This document shows positions 8,933 to 18,900 of a DNA stretch of 32,000 nt, one piece after another; position 1 is the stretch's first letter, and each line of letters opens with the position of its first letter. The stretch is taken from assembly GCF_036323395.1 (NCBI RefSeq), contig NZ_AP028907.1:1140001-1172000 (forward strand), read 5' to 3'. The position numbers were made by a program, and so were the translations under genes. Origin of the DNA: Pyrodictium abyssi (GTDB taxonomy: Archaea > Thermoproteota > Thermoprotei_A > Sulfolobales > Pyrodictiaceae). Under the pieces are notes generated by a model. The model had not been told where the DNA came from and searched no databases. It was given only the letters and a program-made list of their open reading frames with translations.

Positions 8933-9862
8933 GTGGGTGTTCTGCGGCTGCGCGTGGTCCCGCTGCGGGACCTGGTGCTGCCGCCGGTTAGCAGTAAGCT
9001 TGTGAAGAGCCTGCTCGTCGGCCCCCGCGCCCCGGAGTGGCTCCGTGGGCTGGTGGAGGCTCGGCGGGGCTACAAGCCCCTGTTCGTCTCGATGCTGTAC
9101 CGTGGCCGTCGCCCCCTCTACTCGACCACCGAGTCGCCGGCGCCGCTCGCCGCGAGGGCTGGGGAGCAGCTGGGGGCCCGCGTCGCCTTCGTCGCCGGGG
9201 ACGCCTCCGCCGTCTGGGAGGCCGCGGCGGCGCTGAGCGGCCGCGCAGAGACCCCCTACGGGCCCGTCGAGGTCGTCGTCGAGGAGGCATCTGTGGCGGA
9301 GCCCGGGCAGCTCCGGCTCCCCAGCCCCGGCGGCTCGCCCACCGGCGTGCTACGGCTAGAAGCCCGGACCCCCGTGGTCCTCACCTCCAAGACGCTGGTC
9401 GCGTCGGAGCCCCCGCCGGGCGCAAGGGTCCCCAGGCTCCACCGCCTCCTACCAGCCCCGGGGCTAGTCGCGGCCTACGCGCTACGGCTCTGGAACCGAG
9501 CCCTAGGCCCCGGCCACGCCGTCTACTGGCGCGACGCGTGGAACCACGACGCAGCCCTCGTCGCCAGGGCGGCAGAGGTCTACATGGCGGAGCTAGACTA
9601 CAGGGTGCACCCCGAGACCGTGATAATAGGCCGAGGCGCCACCGGCCGGCTAAGACTAGCCCGGGGATGGCGAGGCTGGATAACATACCGCGTCGCAGGC
9701 CCCAGGCTAGCCCGCCTCCTAGACAGGCTCCTCGCCCTAACCAACACCCTCGGGCTCGGCCGAAGCCGCGGCATCGGGCTAGGAGACACACACGCACAAT
9801 GGATCCGACCAAAACAAACAGAACAGGTAAACCCACAGCCAAAAACAACCCAGAAACCATAA
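8933..9862 (+). CDS. cas6: Cas6-family CRISPR RNA endonuclease
   Basis: From GTG 8933 (preceded by a GGGAGGG Shine-Dalgarno-like stretch): VGVLRLRVVPLRDLVLPPVSSKLVKSLLVG...GYKPLFVSMLY...TPVVLTSKTLV...GWRGWITYRV...LLALTNTLGLGRSRGIGLGDTHAQW. Matches the Cas6 N-terminal pattern and the C-terminal G-rich loop. Confidence 0.75.
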   Translation: MGVLRLRVVPLRDLVLPPVSSKLVKSLLVGPRAPEWLRGLVEARRGYKPLFVSMLYRGRRPLYSTTESPAPLAARAGEQLGARVAFVAGDASAVWEAAAALSGRAETPYGPVEVVVEEASVAEPGQLRLPSPGGSPTGVLRLEARTPVVLTSKTLVASEPPPGARVPRLHRLLPAPGLVAAYALRLWNRALGPGHAVYWRDAWNHDAALVARAAEVYMAELDYRVHPETVIIGRGATGRLRLARGWRGWITYRVAGPRLARLLDRLLALTNTLGLGRSRGIGLGDTHAQWIRPKQTEQVNPQPKTTQKP

Positions 9863-9892
9863 CCACAGAGACACCAAACAACCAACACATAG

Positions 9893-10188
9893 CAAACAAC
9901 GATTATTACAACCCCTCGTCATGCCCGAATAGGAGCTTCTTATCCTTTGCCCTCGTCGCCTCGGGCACAGAGGGAAAACAATAAATAAGACCAGGCACAT
10001 GGAATCGGTTAGAAAAGCATTAGCCATGTAGGATAAACACCATCGATGGGACCATCACCGATGATCACACATTAGCCCGGGATAGCCCCGCCATAGACAG
10101 CCTAGAAACACCTTGCCGGAGCCAGCCATAAGGCAGAGAAAACAATAAATAACACAGAGAAGACAGCATATAGAGTGGACAAAATGCA
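9893..10188 (+). promoter_or_regulatory. CRISPR leader 2
   Basis: Homologous to leaders 1 and 3. Conserved core at 10031-10074 (GGATAAACACCATCGATGGGACCATCACCGATGATCACACATTA); TATA-like AACAATAAATAACAC at ~10141-10155; AGAGTGGACAAAATGCA abuts the first repeat. Confidence 0.88.
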
Positions 10189-11187
10189 GAATCATAACAA
10201 ATAGAACTGAAAGTGCAAGAGCTTCGAGTTGATTACTGCATAGCTCAGCTCCGGGGGGGAATCATAACAAATAGAACTGAAAGTCAACGTGCAGTCGCAA
10301 GTGCCTATAGACAGCATAAGCATATCCATAAGGAATCATAACAAATAGAACTGAAAGTCCATTGATAGAGAAATATGCGAGCGCACTTTTATGGCTATAT
10401 GAATCATAACAAATAGAACTGAAAGTGGCTCACTGTTTGGTATAACCAGAGCCCTTATCCTGGCAGGAATCATAACAAATAGAACTGAAAGCCACGAGAC
10501 TGTACGCATCTGTGATACGCATACCTATCTCACCGAATCATAACAAATAGAACTGAAAGACCAAGCCGTTCACCGAGCCCATCACCACTTCACCCTCCCC
10601 ATGTGAATCATAACAAATAGAACTGAAAGCGTCTGGGCGTTCCACATGTGGAAGAGGCTGACCCGCGGCAGGGAATCATAACAAATAGAACTGAAAGATA
10701 CCTTTTCGCCGGCCAGCCACTTCATCAGACTGGTGGGCAAGAGAATCATAACAAATAGAACTGAAAGTAGCAACTTCCTCGGTAAGGCCCACGCTCTGAA
10801 GCATGAAAAGGAATCATAACAAATAGAACTGAAAGTCCACGGTTAGCCAATGCTTGATGCCATCCTTGTGGCAGTCGTAGCGAATCATAACAAATAGAAC
10901 TGAAAGGGTAGCTCGCTTAGCCAGTATTGCAGGGCTCTAACATCGTACCCTAGAATCATAACAAATAGAACTGAAAGGCCAGTTTGCCGCAGTTGCCTTG
11001 GTCCTCAAAGACTATGGTGTGAATCATAACAAATAGAACTGAAAGACGTAGTATGTGCCAGCAGAGAGCCAGCCAGTGTCAAGCTCAAGTGTGAATCATA
11101 ACAAATAGAACTGAAAGCAAGAGAATATCGCGGCTGCTATGATGGAACTTGCAGCAGACGTAGAATTATAACAAATAGAACTGAAAA
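10189..11187 (+). CRISPR. CRISPR array 2: 15 repeats, 14 spacers (41-49 nt)
   Basis: Repeat GAATCATAACAAATAGAACTGAAAG. Last repeat is degenerate at 11163-11187 (GAATTATAACAAATAGAACTGAAAA). Confidence 0.98.
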
Positions 11188-11390
11188 ACTATTTCTAAGT
11201 TCTTATCATACATCATAAGCATTGGTTAGATATAAACGAATTATAATACATGGAGAAAGTCTTATAGAATAGCCGGATAATTGCTGAAATGTGTTGTATA
11301 GATATAAAAACCTTGGGCATGAGATAGATGCGTAGGAGCTATCTGTCCTCTACTTGCACTAGGCTCCTAGCTGTGGAGGGTGGATAAACT

Positions 11391-12359
11391 GTGGTTAGCA
11401 ATGATAGTAGCCTTAGTACGAATAAGAATCTCCGTATTGTCATAGCCTCTGCTATTTCGAGTATTCATCCCGGAGCTGGGCGTAGCCCTGGTATAGTTGA
11501 TCTTCCAGTCATAAGGGATCCTATGGGGTACTTCTACATACCAGGTTCAGAGTTAAAGGGAGCATTAAAGACATCAGCTGCTATTAGGCATAAAGATGGC
11601 TGTATTAATGGTGATAAGATAAACTGTAAGGAGTGCCAACTTGTATGCTGTCTTCTAGGTGGAGAGGTTGGTGAGGGACATGAGGCTCCATCGCGGCTAA
11701 GTGTGGGTGATCTCTACCCGCTCCTTATACCAGTTCCCAGTCTAAGCCATGGTTTCCTCTATGCGACTAGTCCCCTCCTAATATCGAGAGCGAAAGCATT
11801 GATCAATGTTGCCTCGCAGGACAATATTGGAAAGCTCATAGAGTGGCTTGAGACAGGCGTTAAGGAGCTCGAATATGAGACCGATGTCGTTCTCATGGGT
11901 GCAGAAAATAGTGGACAACTTTACCTAACGTTAACAAGGGTGCAGCCAAAGAATGTTGCTGAGAAGCTTGAGAATGACGTTATTGACATACTCGAAAATA
12001 TTCACCCGGTGTATAGGCTTCATAACCTCAATGGTAACACGGTCATAGTTAGTGATGCTCTTCTCCCAATGATAATTGAAAGAGCGTTGATTCGCTTGAC
12101 ACGTGTAAGGCTAAGCCGTACAACAAAGACGGTTACAACGGGCTCTCTTTGGACGGAAGAATACATACCTCATATAACTCTCTTTGTAGGTTATATAGCT
12201 GACACTAAATATGAAGGCAAATACTGCGGGAATCGCGATATACAAGACGCTGTAAACGAATTGAAAAACATAATGGGCGCTTCGGACAACATTATCAACC
12301 TTGTTATTGGAGGAAAGGAGTCCATAGGCAAAGGACTCCTCCGCCTCTATATAGCATAA
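11391..12359 (+). CDS. cmr4: type III-B RAMP protein Cmr4 (Cas7 backbone)
   Basis: 322 aa; SSIHPGAGRSPGIVDLPVIRDPMGYFYIPGSELKGALKTS and C-terminal GGKESIGKGLLRL match the Cmr4 pattern. Confidence 0.88.
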   Translation: MVSNDSSLSTNKNLRIVIASAISSIHPGAGRSPGIVDLPVIRDPMGYFYIPGSELKGALKTSAAIRHKDGCINGDKINCKECQLVCCLLGGEVGEGHEAPSRLSVGDLYPLLIPVPSLSHGFLYATSPLLISRAKALINVASQDNIGKLIEWLETGVKELEYETDVVLMGAENSGQLYLTLTRVQPKNVAEKLENDVIDILENIHPVYRLHNLNGNTVIVSDALLPMIIERALIRLTRVRLSRTTKTVTTGSLWTEEYIPHITLFVGYIADTKYEGKYCGNRDIQDAVNELKNIMGASDNIINLVIGGKESIGKGLLRLYIA

Positions 12360-12377
12360 CACGGAGGGGTTTAGCCC

Positions 12378-12935
12378 GTGGATCTCGTTGACCCTGTGGC
12401 ACTTGCACTAACCCACATGACTCTATTAAGAAGGCTTCTGGATAGATGCAGAGAGACCCTTTGCAACAGTCAGGACGACAAGAGGAAACAAGAGTGCAGG
12501 AAGAATATGAATGGCGGTGCAATACAGAGAAGGGCGAAAGATCTTCCCTCGATGGTAGCATCTGCGGGCCTTATACCAGCTCTCACCTTTTACATGGCAA
12601 AGGCTAGTGAAGATAGATTCAAAGAATTCCTAGAACTACTAGGCAGCAGAGACATTGGTAAGATTAATTGTCAGCATATTCGTGAAGACTTAGAGGATGG
12701 AGAAGGTGCTGGTTATAGCCCGCTACTAGCTCTAGCTATAAAAGCATTGAGTGAGCATAACTACATAAACCATGTAGAAGACTATGTGGCACTTGCCCGC
12801 GAGCTTCAGAAGATGCGGGAAAGAGGTATAGAAGAACTTGCAGCCGAGCAAGTAGTCCTAGGGTACCTACTCGAAGTCAAGAAGCTAGCTGACGCCTTCT
12901 TCGGTAAAGAAAATATGCACCCTAGGGAGGCGTAA
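12378..12935 (+). CDS. cmr5: type III-B small subunit Cmr5
   Basis: 185 aa helical protein between cmr4 and cmr1; MDLVDPVALALTHM...LIPALTFYMAKAS...YSPLLALAIKALSEH is Cmr5-like; position agrees. Confidence 0.75.
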   Translation: MDLVDPVALALTHMTLLRRLLDRCRETLCNSQDDKRKQECRKNMNGGAIQRRAKDLPSMVASAGLIPALTFYMAKASEDRFKEFLELLGSRDIGKINCQHIREDLEDGEGAGYSPLLALAIKALSEHNYINHVEDYVALARELQKMRERGIEELAAEQVVLGYLLEVKKLADAFFGKENMHPREA

Positions 12936-12938
12936 GCC

Positions 12939-14792
12939 ATGCCATTGATTAGAGTAGACGAGCTGCTTGATGCAAACTCGCGCTCTAAAGCTAGGAGTGC
13001 AGGTATTCTGTTAAGCGCACAGCTAGTTAACTATACGCCGGTTATGCTAGGAGATTATGACACGTATCATTTTCGTGAAAGACCAGATGGTAAATATGAA
13101 CCTGTAGCTGGGCTTTACGCGCAAGCTATCCGGGGTAAAGCTCGCTGGCTAGCAAGAGTAGTGCTAGCAAGCCTGCATGGCTGTGATTTCAATAGCTACT
13201 ATGAAGTAGAGACACAATGTGCTAGGGTGCTGCTAAACCTCGGAGATAGCAAGCGCAAGGAAAAGGTGAATGCCGGCCTCATAGAACTCCTCTTTGGAAC
13301 TCTTTCCTCCACGCAGCTAAGCTCGCCGTTTGTACTATCGGTTAAAGTTGAGCGTCTTGGTGCAATGGGCTGGAAAAGTGGTAAGCGGTATGCATTGAAT
13401 CGCTATGAGAAACTACTAGTCATGGGAAGTGGACCGAGTAGGAGAGAAAAAGAAGAGAAGCTCAAGCCACATGAACCTGGCTCTGTTGTGCTTCGACTAG
13501 AGATACGTGAAGCACCTTATGCAAGTAGACTCTTAGGTGTTGCTAAACTTGGAGATAGACCTTTACGTGAACTATACTGGCGTCTTGCAGCCTTCTATGC
13601 TGGAATAGTCATTACTGTTCCTTTCCTTCTCGGCCTAGGTAAAGCCTCTACACGGGGCTTCGGCCGCTTCATGGTTGCAACGCATCATATACATAATGGG
13701 CTAAGATCTAAGTCCAGACTAAAGGAACTAATAGATAACATTAACAGTCTTTACAGCGCTAAAAGCAGCAGAGAAGCCACAAGACTACTGCATGAACTCA
13801 TTGACAAGCTAATTATACTGGCAGAGGAAGCTACTGGAATACAACGCGGTAAGCCAAGCATAGGTATGATACCGCGGCTCATAAACGCTATCAAACCTCC
13901 CAGCGAGATTCACCATGTAAGAGCCACTGTTGTCGAAACGAGGGCGTCTGACCCCCTTGACGCCTTAGAGTTCATAGCCGCAGCAGTCCTAAAGCACACG
14001 TGGAAACGGCATCAAAGGATTAGTGGTGTTAATTATCATACCTGGCCTCTAGGTCTTCCACGTGGGAGCGACATACCGTGTACATGCGCAAGCTCTATAC
14101 ATAATGAATCAAGACATGGATCTAGACCTAGACAACGCTACGGCTATATTGTTCTAGACGTTGCAACTGAATCCATGTATGAACTCGGGGAAAACAATTG
14201 TATGGCTAACAGTGAATGCATGAAGAAGTCAAGTGAATCTGTGCAAGAAATAGATGAACAAGCTGGTGTTGATACTCTAGTAGAGGCTAGGATCGACTTA
14301 GTGGTTAGAGTGAATGATAGCGTTGTGACGAGAAGAAGTAACGTCAAGGCTAAGGATGTCCGGCATATTTCTATGATTCATTTGTTTCCGTTACCTAATG
14401 CTATGGATGGTGTGCAGGGAACGCTTGTAGCAGTACTGCCATTTATGTCATTCAGTCTAAATCTTGGCCTAGACAGTGAAGCTCCCCATATTGAGGGTTA
14501 TAAGTTATTCCATGTTGGAGGCCATTTTGTTGTCGAGGATGGAAAGCCTAGACCATGCTGTAATGCTCATGTGATAGACGTAGGATATATAATGAACAAT
14601 ACAAACGTGTCATCTCCATCGACTGATAGTTGGAATCTAAACTGCGGATGCGGTAGCGACCCAGGCGGTATTGTGTGGCCCGATGATTCACGCCAAGGAG
14701 GCTATCTTGATGCACTTGTAGCTGCTTATGAATGGGTGATAAATTGTCTACAAAGACTTCGGGTCACTAGAGGGGGTTTAAGACTATACTGA
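12939..14792 (+). CDS. cmr1: type III-B RAMP protein Cmr1 (unusually long)
   Basis: 617 aa; LVNYTPVMLGDYDTYHFRE...AGLYAQAIRGKARWLARVVLAS is the Cmr1 N-terminal pattern; later LGLGKASTRGFGRF G-rich loop. Confidence 0.8.
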   Translation: MPLIRVDELLDANSRSKARSAGILLSAQLVNYTPVMLGDYDTYHFRERPDGKYEPVAGLYAQAIRGKARWLARVVLASLHGCDFNSYYEVETQCARVLLNLGDSKRKEKVNAGLIELLFGTLSSTQLSSPFVLSVKVERLGAMGWKSGKRYALNRYEKLLVMGSGPSRREKEEKLKPHEPGSVVLRLEIREAPYASRLLGVAKLGDRPLRELYWRLAAFYAGIVITVPFLLGLGKASTRGFGRFMVATHHIHNGLRSKSRLKELIDNINSLYSAKSSREATRLLHELIDKLIILAEEATGIQRGKPSIGMIPRLINAIKPPSEIHHVRATVVETRASDPLDALEFIAAAVLKHTWKRHQRISGVNYHTWPLGLPRGSDIPCTCASSIHNESRHGSRPRQRYGYIVLDVATESMYELGENNCMANSECMKKSSESVQEIDEQAGVDTLVEARIDLVVRVNDSVVTRRSNVKAKDVRHISMIHLFPLPNAMDGVQGTLVAVLPFMSFSLNLGLDSEAPHIEGYKLFHVGGHFVVEDGKPRPCCNAHVIDVGYIMNNTNVSSPSTDSWNLNCGCGSDPGGIVWPDDSRQGGYLDALVAAYEWVINCLQRLRVTRGGLRLY

Positions 14793-14803
14793 GGTGTTAG
14801 GCT

Positions 14804-15820
14804 GTGGAGAGGCGGATTGATCTTAAAGCTGCTACTGTCTATATTGATAGGTTGCTGAATGGCCCGAGCAATAGTGAGAACAGTAAGAAGGCGAAAGAGG
14901 ATGCATTAAGCGTCCTAGTGGAATACGACGGGTCTAGCTATGCTGCGAAGTGGCTAAGGCTTGCACTCGAATTAGCTAATAAGGAGCTGCAGCTCTTGGA
15001 GGAAGGTTACAGCTCTGCTGGCTATGGTGTTGTATCGCTCCGGTATCAGCTGGTTACACCTGGTCTCGTGGGCGTAGGTGCTGGGCTCTTTAGATCGCTA
15101 TTTGAAGTTGGACTAAGTATCGACCCCGTTCTTGGACTTCCATACTATCCTGGCAGTGGTATAAAAGGCGCTGTCCGGGCAATTACCGAAACTGTGCTAG
15201 ATAGAAAGACCGCTGATCTTCTCTTCGGCTCAACGGGTGAGGAAGGCTCAGCTTCAGCTATTGTATTTAGCGACATGTACCCGATAGGCTGCACTAAGGA
15301 TAGGTGCAGTATTTTCCGTGGGCTTGTTGTAACACCCCATTACCACTATCAAGGAAAGCCAGTTGCTAACGAACTTGTAGCTATGCCAGTACCAGTACAG
15401 CATATAGGCATAGAGGAGGGCACTGTATTTGGGCTGGTTATAGCGATACATCCAATTCGTGCAAAACATGTAGTGGCTAGACTAAAATTGCTCGATTGTG
15501 AACCGGTACCAGAATCTTTGAGAGAACTTTGTAGTCTTATTAAGACTAGAGCCAGTAGCGTCAGTGACCCTATTCACTCAGTGGCGCTAACTTCGATACT
15601 TCTGCTTGACTCGGTATTAGCGTACGGCATAGCGTCTAGAAGCACTAAGGGCTATAACATATTCGAGCCTAGTAGCGGGCCTCATGCCGAGTTCACGCTA
15701 CTTGGCTATCGGTACAAATATCACCAAGGAAAACTGCAAAGGCAAAGATCATCTAGCATGCAACGAAGACACCGAAACGAGTATCCTCGCAGAAGGAACT
15801 TTAGGAGAAGGTATAGATAA
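14804..15820 (+). CDS. cmr6: type III-B RAMP protein Cmr6
   Basis: 338 aa; YQLVTPGLVGVGAG...GLSIDPVLGLPYYPGSGIKGAVRA...LLFGSTGEEGSASAIVFSDMYPI...VVTPHYHYQ. Confidence 0.88.
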   Translation: MERRIDLKAATVYIDRLLNGPSNSENSKKAKEDALSVLVEYDGSSYAAKWLRLALELANKELQLLEEGYSSAGYGVVSLRYQLVTPGLVGVGAGLFRSLFEVGLSIDPVLGLPYYPGSGIKGAVRAITETVLDRKTADLLFGSTGEEGSASAIVFSDMYPIGCTKDRCSIFRGLVVTPHYHYQGKPVANELVAMPVPVQHIGIEEGTVFGLVIAIHPIRAKHVVARLKLLDCEPVPESLRELCSLIKTRASSVSDPIHSVALTSILLLDSVLAYGIASRSTKGYNIFEPSSGPHAEFTLLGYRYKYHQGKLQRQRSSSMQRRHRNEYPRRRNFRRRYR

Positions 15821-15906
15821 TGACGCTATCTATATCATCTTTTTATACTGTATTGGTGTTGGTTAGGGCGATCTTCATGCATAGTGGTCAATAATGTATT
15901 ATCTGT

Positions 15907-18900
15907 ATGCCGGGTGGGATCTTGGCTGGTACGAAGGATGTTGCAGCTCTAAAGCTTGCTGTATACCTACATGACCCGCCGTGGAAGCCTTGGGGGATTC
16001 GACGCTCTGGCTACGCCATTAGTGGATGCAGTAAGGAGTACGATGCATGTATAGCAGAGAAGTTTGCTAAGGAGTTCGCTTCAGCAGATTCTAAATCCGT
16101 CAAAGTATTGCTCGAGAAACTTGGGCTTAAAGAGTCGCTGGACAACAATCTTGCAGAGAAACTGGCTGCTGGACTCAGAGCAGCAGCTAAAGTGGCAGAG
16201 GATTGGGGCAAAAAGGATGTCGATGCAAAAGCTGGGAAGAGTCATGAGAGACAGTCATTGCTTCTGCTAAAGCTCTTAGAAGCTTTCCTTGGCGGTATAG
16301 AGCTGAAGGAATACATGAGCATAGCCAGAAAATCCTACAAGGCTCTGCTCGATGCTGTTACAGATTTGAAGGATAGATCTGCAGCGGCTATAAGACTTTC
16401 AGATAAGCTCGCTTCCTCGTTTGATAGAAACGTGCTCTCGGTGATCGACGAAAAAGCAGAGGACGTCAACGCACAAGTCTATCTCAATATCCTTAATCCG
16501 TATCTAGGTATGAGTATAAACCGTGAGATAGAGGTAGAGAAGATTATCGAGTACATGGCTGCATTATTGGTTACTGTAGGGCTGTTATTGAATAGAACTA
16601 CGGACTCCAGCCCATTGATGCTTTACAATATAGTCTATAGCTTTGTTGAGCCGTTGTGGTACATTATTGTTGGCTGGAGACCGCCAGTAGCTGATACACG
16701 AGTTCCCCATCATACAGTCTTTGATCATGCCTCTGCAGCTGCGATGGTATCAAATTGGTTCCTCGAGACTTGCGGGAGAGATTATGGGCCTGATGGTTGT
16801 CTGGCAATTGTAGATCTTGCTTCGGTGCAGCAGTGGATAGGGGAAGCTAGGAGGCTTCGCGATGCATGGGCGGCTTCGTGGCTTGCCAGCTGGCTTGCCT
16901 GGAAATCCATAGAGCCCTTTGTCGAGGAGCTTGGTCCTGACGTGCTCGTACAGCCGCCGGCAAGGCTACATCCATTCTATAGCTCTATGCTGCTGAGTAA
17001 GCTGGGTTGCGAGGATACTGAAAGTGATGCCATTTGTCGCTGGGCTGCAGAAGCATTGGGCCTACGCTACGGTTGGCCTCTAGATCCCACTGTGCCGAGC
17101 CGTGTGCTCATAGCATTGCCGCATAGTATATGTAGCAGACTGGAAGAGGTAATTGAAAAAGCCTATCAACAAGCATGGAGAGAGCTTGTGAAGGGGCTTG
17201 CCGAGTATGTTGCCGCGGCAGCGGAGGCGGCAAAGCTGACTAGCATAGTGGATGATAACTTCTGTAGTAGGCTTAGAAACGGCGTTGAACAAACGGCTCC
17301 AGAGGAGGCATGGAAGAGGCTTCTATGCTTCCTACGTAAAGTAAACACTAAGGAGTTGAAGGAACTGCTTACCGAGCTAGAGCCACCTCTGCCTTTAAGA
17401 ATAGAAATACGCTGTATAAATGAGGCAAAAAGAAAACTCTCAAAAATCCTTAATATCAATTGTGATAAAGAAGAGAAACATGGTCGTTGTGTGCCTGCCG
17501 GTCTAGTCCCATATAGAGAGCTAGAGTCTCTCCTTCTATATCAAGTGCTTAGTGATGGCAGGCTCTGGCAGGATACGCAAACTGGGCTACGGTCAACAGG
17601 AAGAAGAAGCGGGCAGGGCTACTTCAACTATGCAAAAAAGCTTCACGGGGAGAAAGCATTTCTCAACTGCCATGTATGTGGCATAGCGGCCGCTATAGTT
17701 GATGGTGAAATGCTCAATAAGATACTAAAGGAGAAAGAAACACGTCAAGCTCGTAAGGAGGTACTTGACAAGATACATAGGTTGGCGAGCAACCTGCATG
17801 GCGAAAGGCTCTGCCCATATTGTCTCGCTAAACGAGTGCTTAGAGACATGCTGTACCGCGACAATCTGGCAAAGACATTAACAGGATTATCGCTGCCTGG
17901 CAAAGTCTATGAGCGTCTAGGTAGGGTTACAGTTGATGCGTACACGGCTAGAACAAGGCTGGCTAGGAGCAAGCTCGTAGAAGCCATAGAGAGAATAGTA
18001 GGTGATCCAAGTCTTGTGCTCGGCGTTATAGCTGTTGCTAGACTTGGCTTGACGGCGCCAAATAAGTTCCTTGAAAAGGATGAGGAAGAAAACATCCTTA
18101 AGAGGATTATGGTTACTCTGGATAAGATCGGCGAAGAAGAGATATCAAAATACTATGCTGGTACAAGGCGTAAAAATGTTGCAAAGGAAATAGCCGTCTA
18201 TGCGCAGGCAGTGGTTCTTGAAGCCGTACACAACTATGCGTTCATCGACAAGAAGATAGCAGAAATCAGTGAACCCCTTGCGGATTTCCTCAAGAAACTT
18301 GCAAATGATAGTGCAGTGAGGAGCGTGAGGCGCCGGTACGCTATAGTGGCCAGTGATGGCGACAGGATGGGGAGCGGGATACTCTCTGGTTACCTCGGAT
18401 TTAGACCAGATAGCTACGCTGAGAAAGTCCTTATGGTGAAAGATAAGACGAAGACTGCTAGCATCTATAGAATGCTTGTTGCAGGCTATGAACAAGCCGT
18501 TGCGCTACTCACAAACTCTGAGCCAAATGAGAGGACGGTTATAGTCACACCAAGCTACCACTTCTCGGTAAGTCGTGCACTCGCTGCACAGGCAGTAATG
18601 GATCGCGATATAGTAGAGGGGCTTGGAGGCTTCTTTCTCTACAGCGGTGGTGACGATGCCATTGCGATACTGCCCCCGGCTGATTACAGTAAGTCATACA
18701 TTGCATACCCGGCACTGGCTGCCGCTTATGCTATGAGGAGAAGCTACTGGGGTGTCGGATTACCGCTTTGCAGAGACGAGAAAGACCGTTACTATAGGCA
18801 TGCCCTCATGTTGGAGGAAACTCAGAATACGCTTGCTTCAGAGCTATCAAGGGCCTGGATAGGCTTTACATTTGTGCCTATGCCTGGCAGAGATCCTAGG

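Noticed and set aside
9037-9984. 315 aa plus-strand ORF overlapping cas6
   Set aside because: Arg/Pro/Gly-rich with no family features; alternative-frame artefact of high GC. The 8855 frame carries the Cas6 motifs.
10582-10773. Minus-strand ORF in array 2
   Set aside because: Repeated LSVLFVMI / FSSICYDS peptide shows it is a CRISPR array translation; the same applies to 23187..23459.
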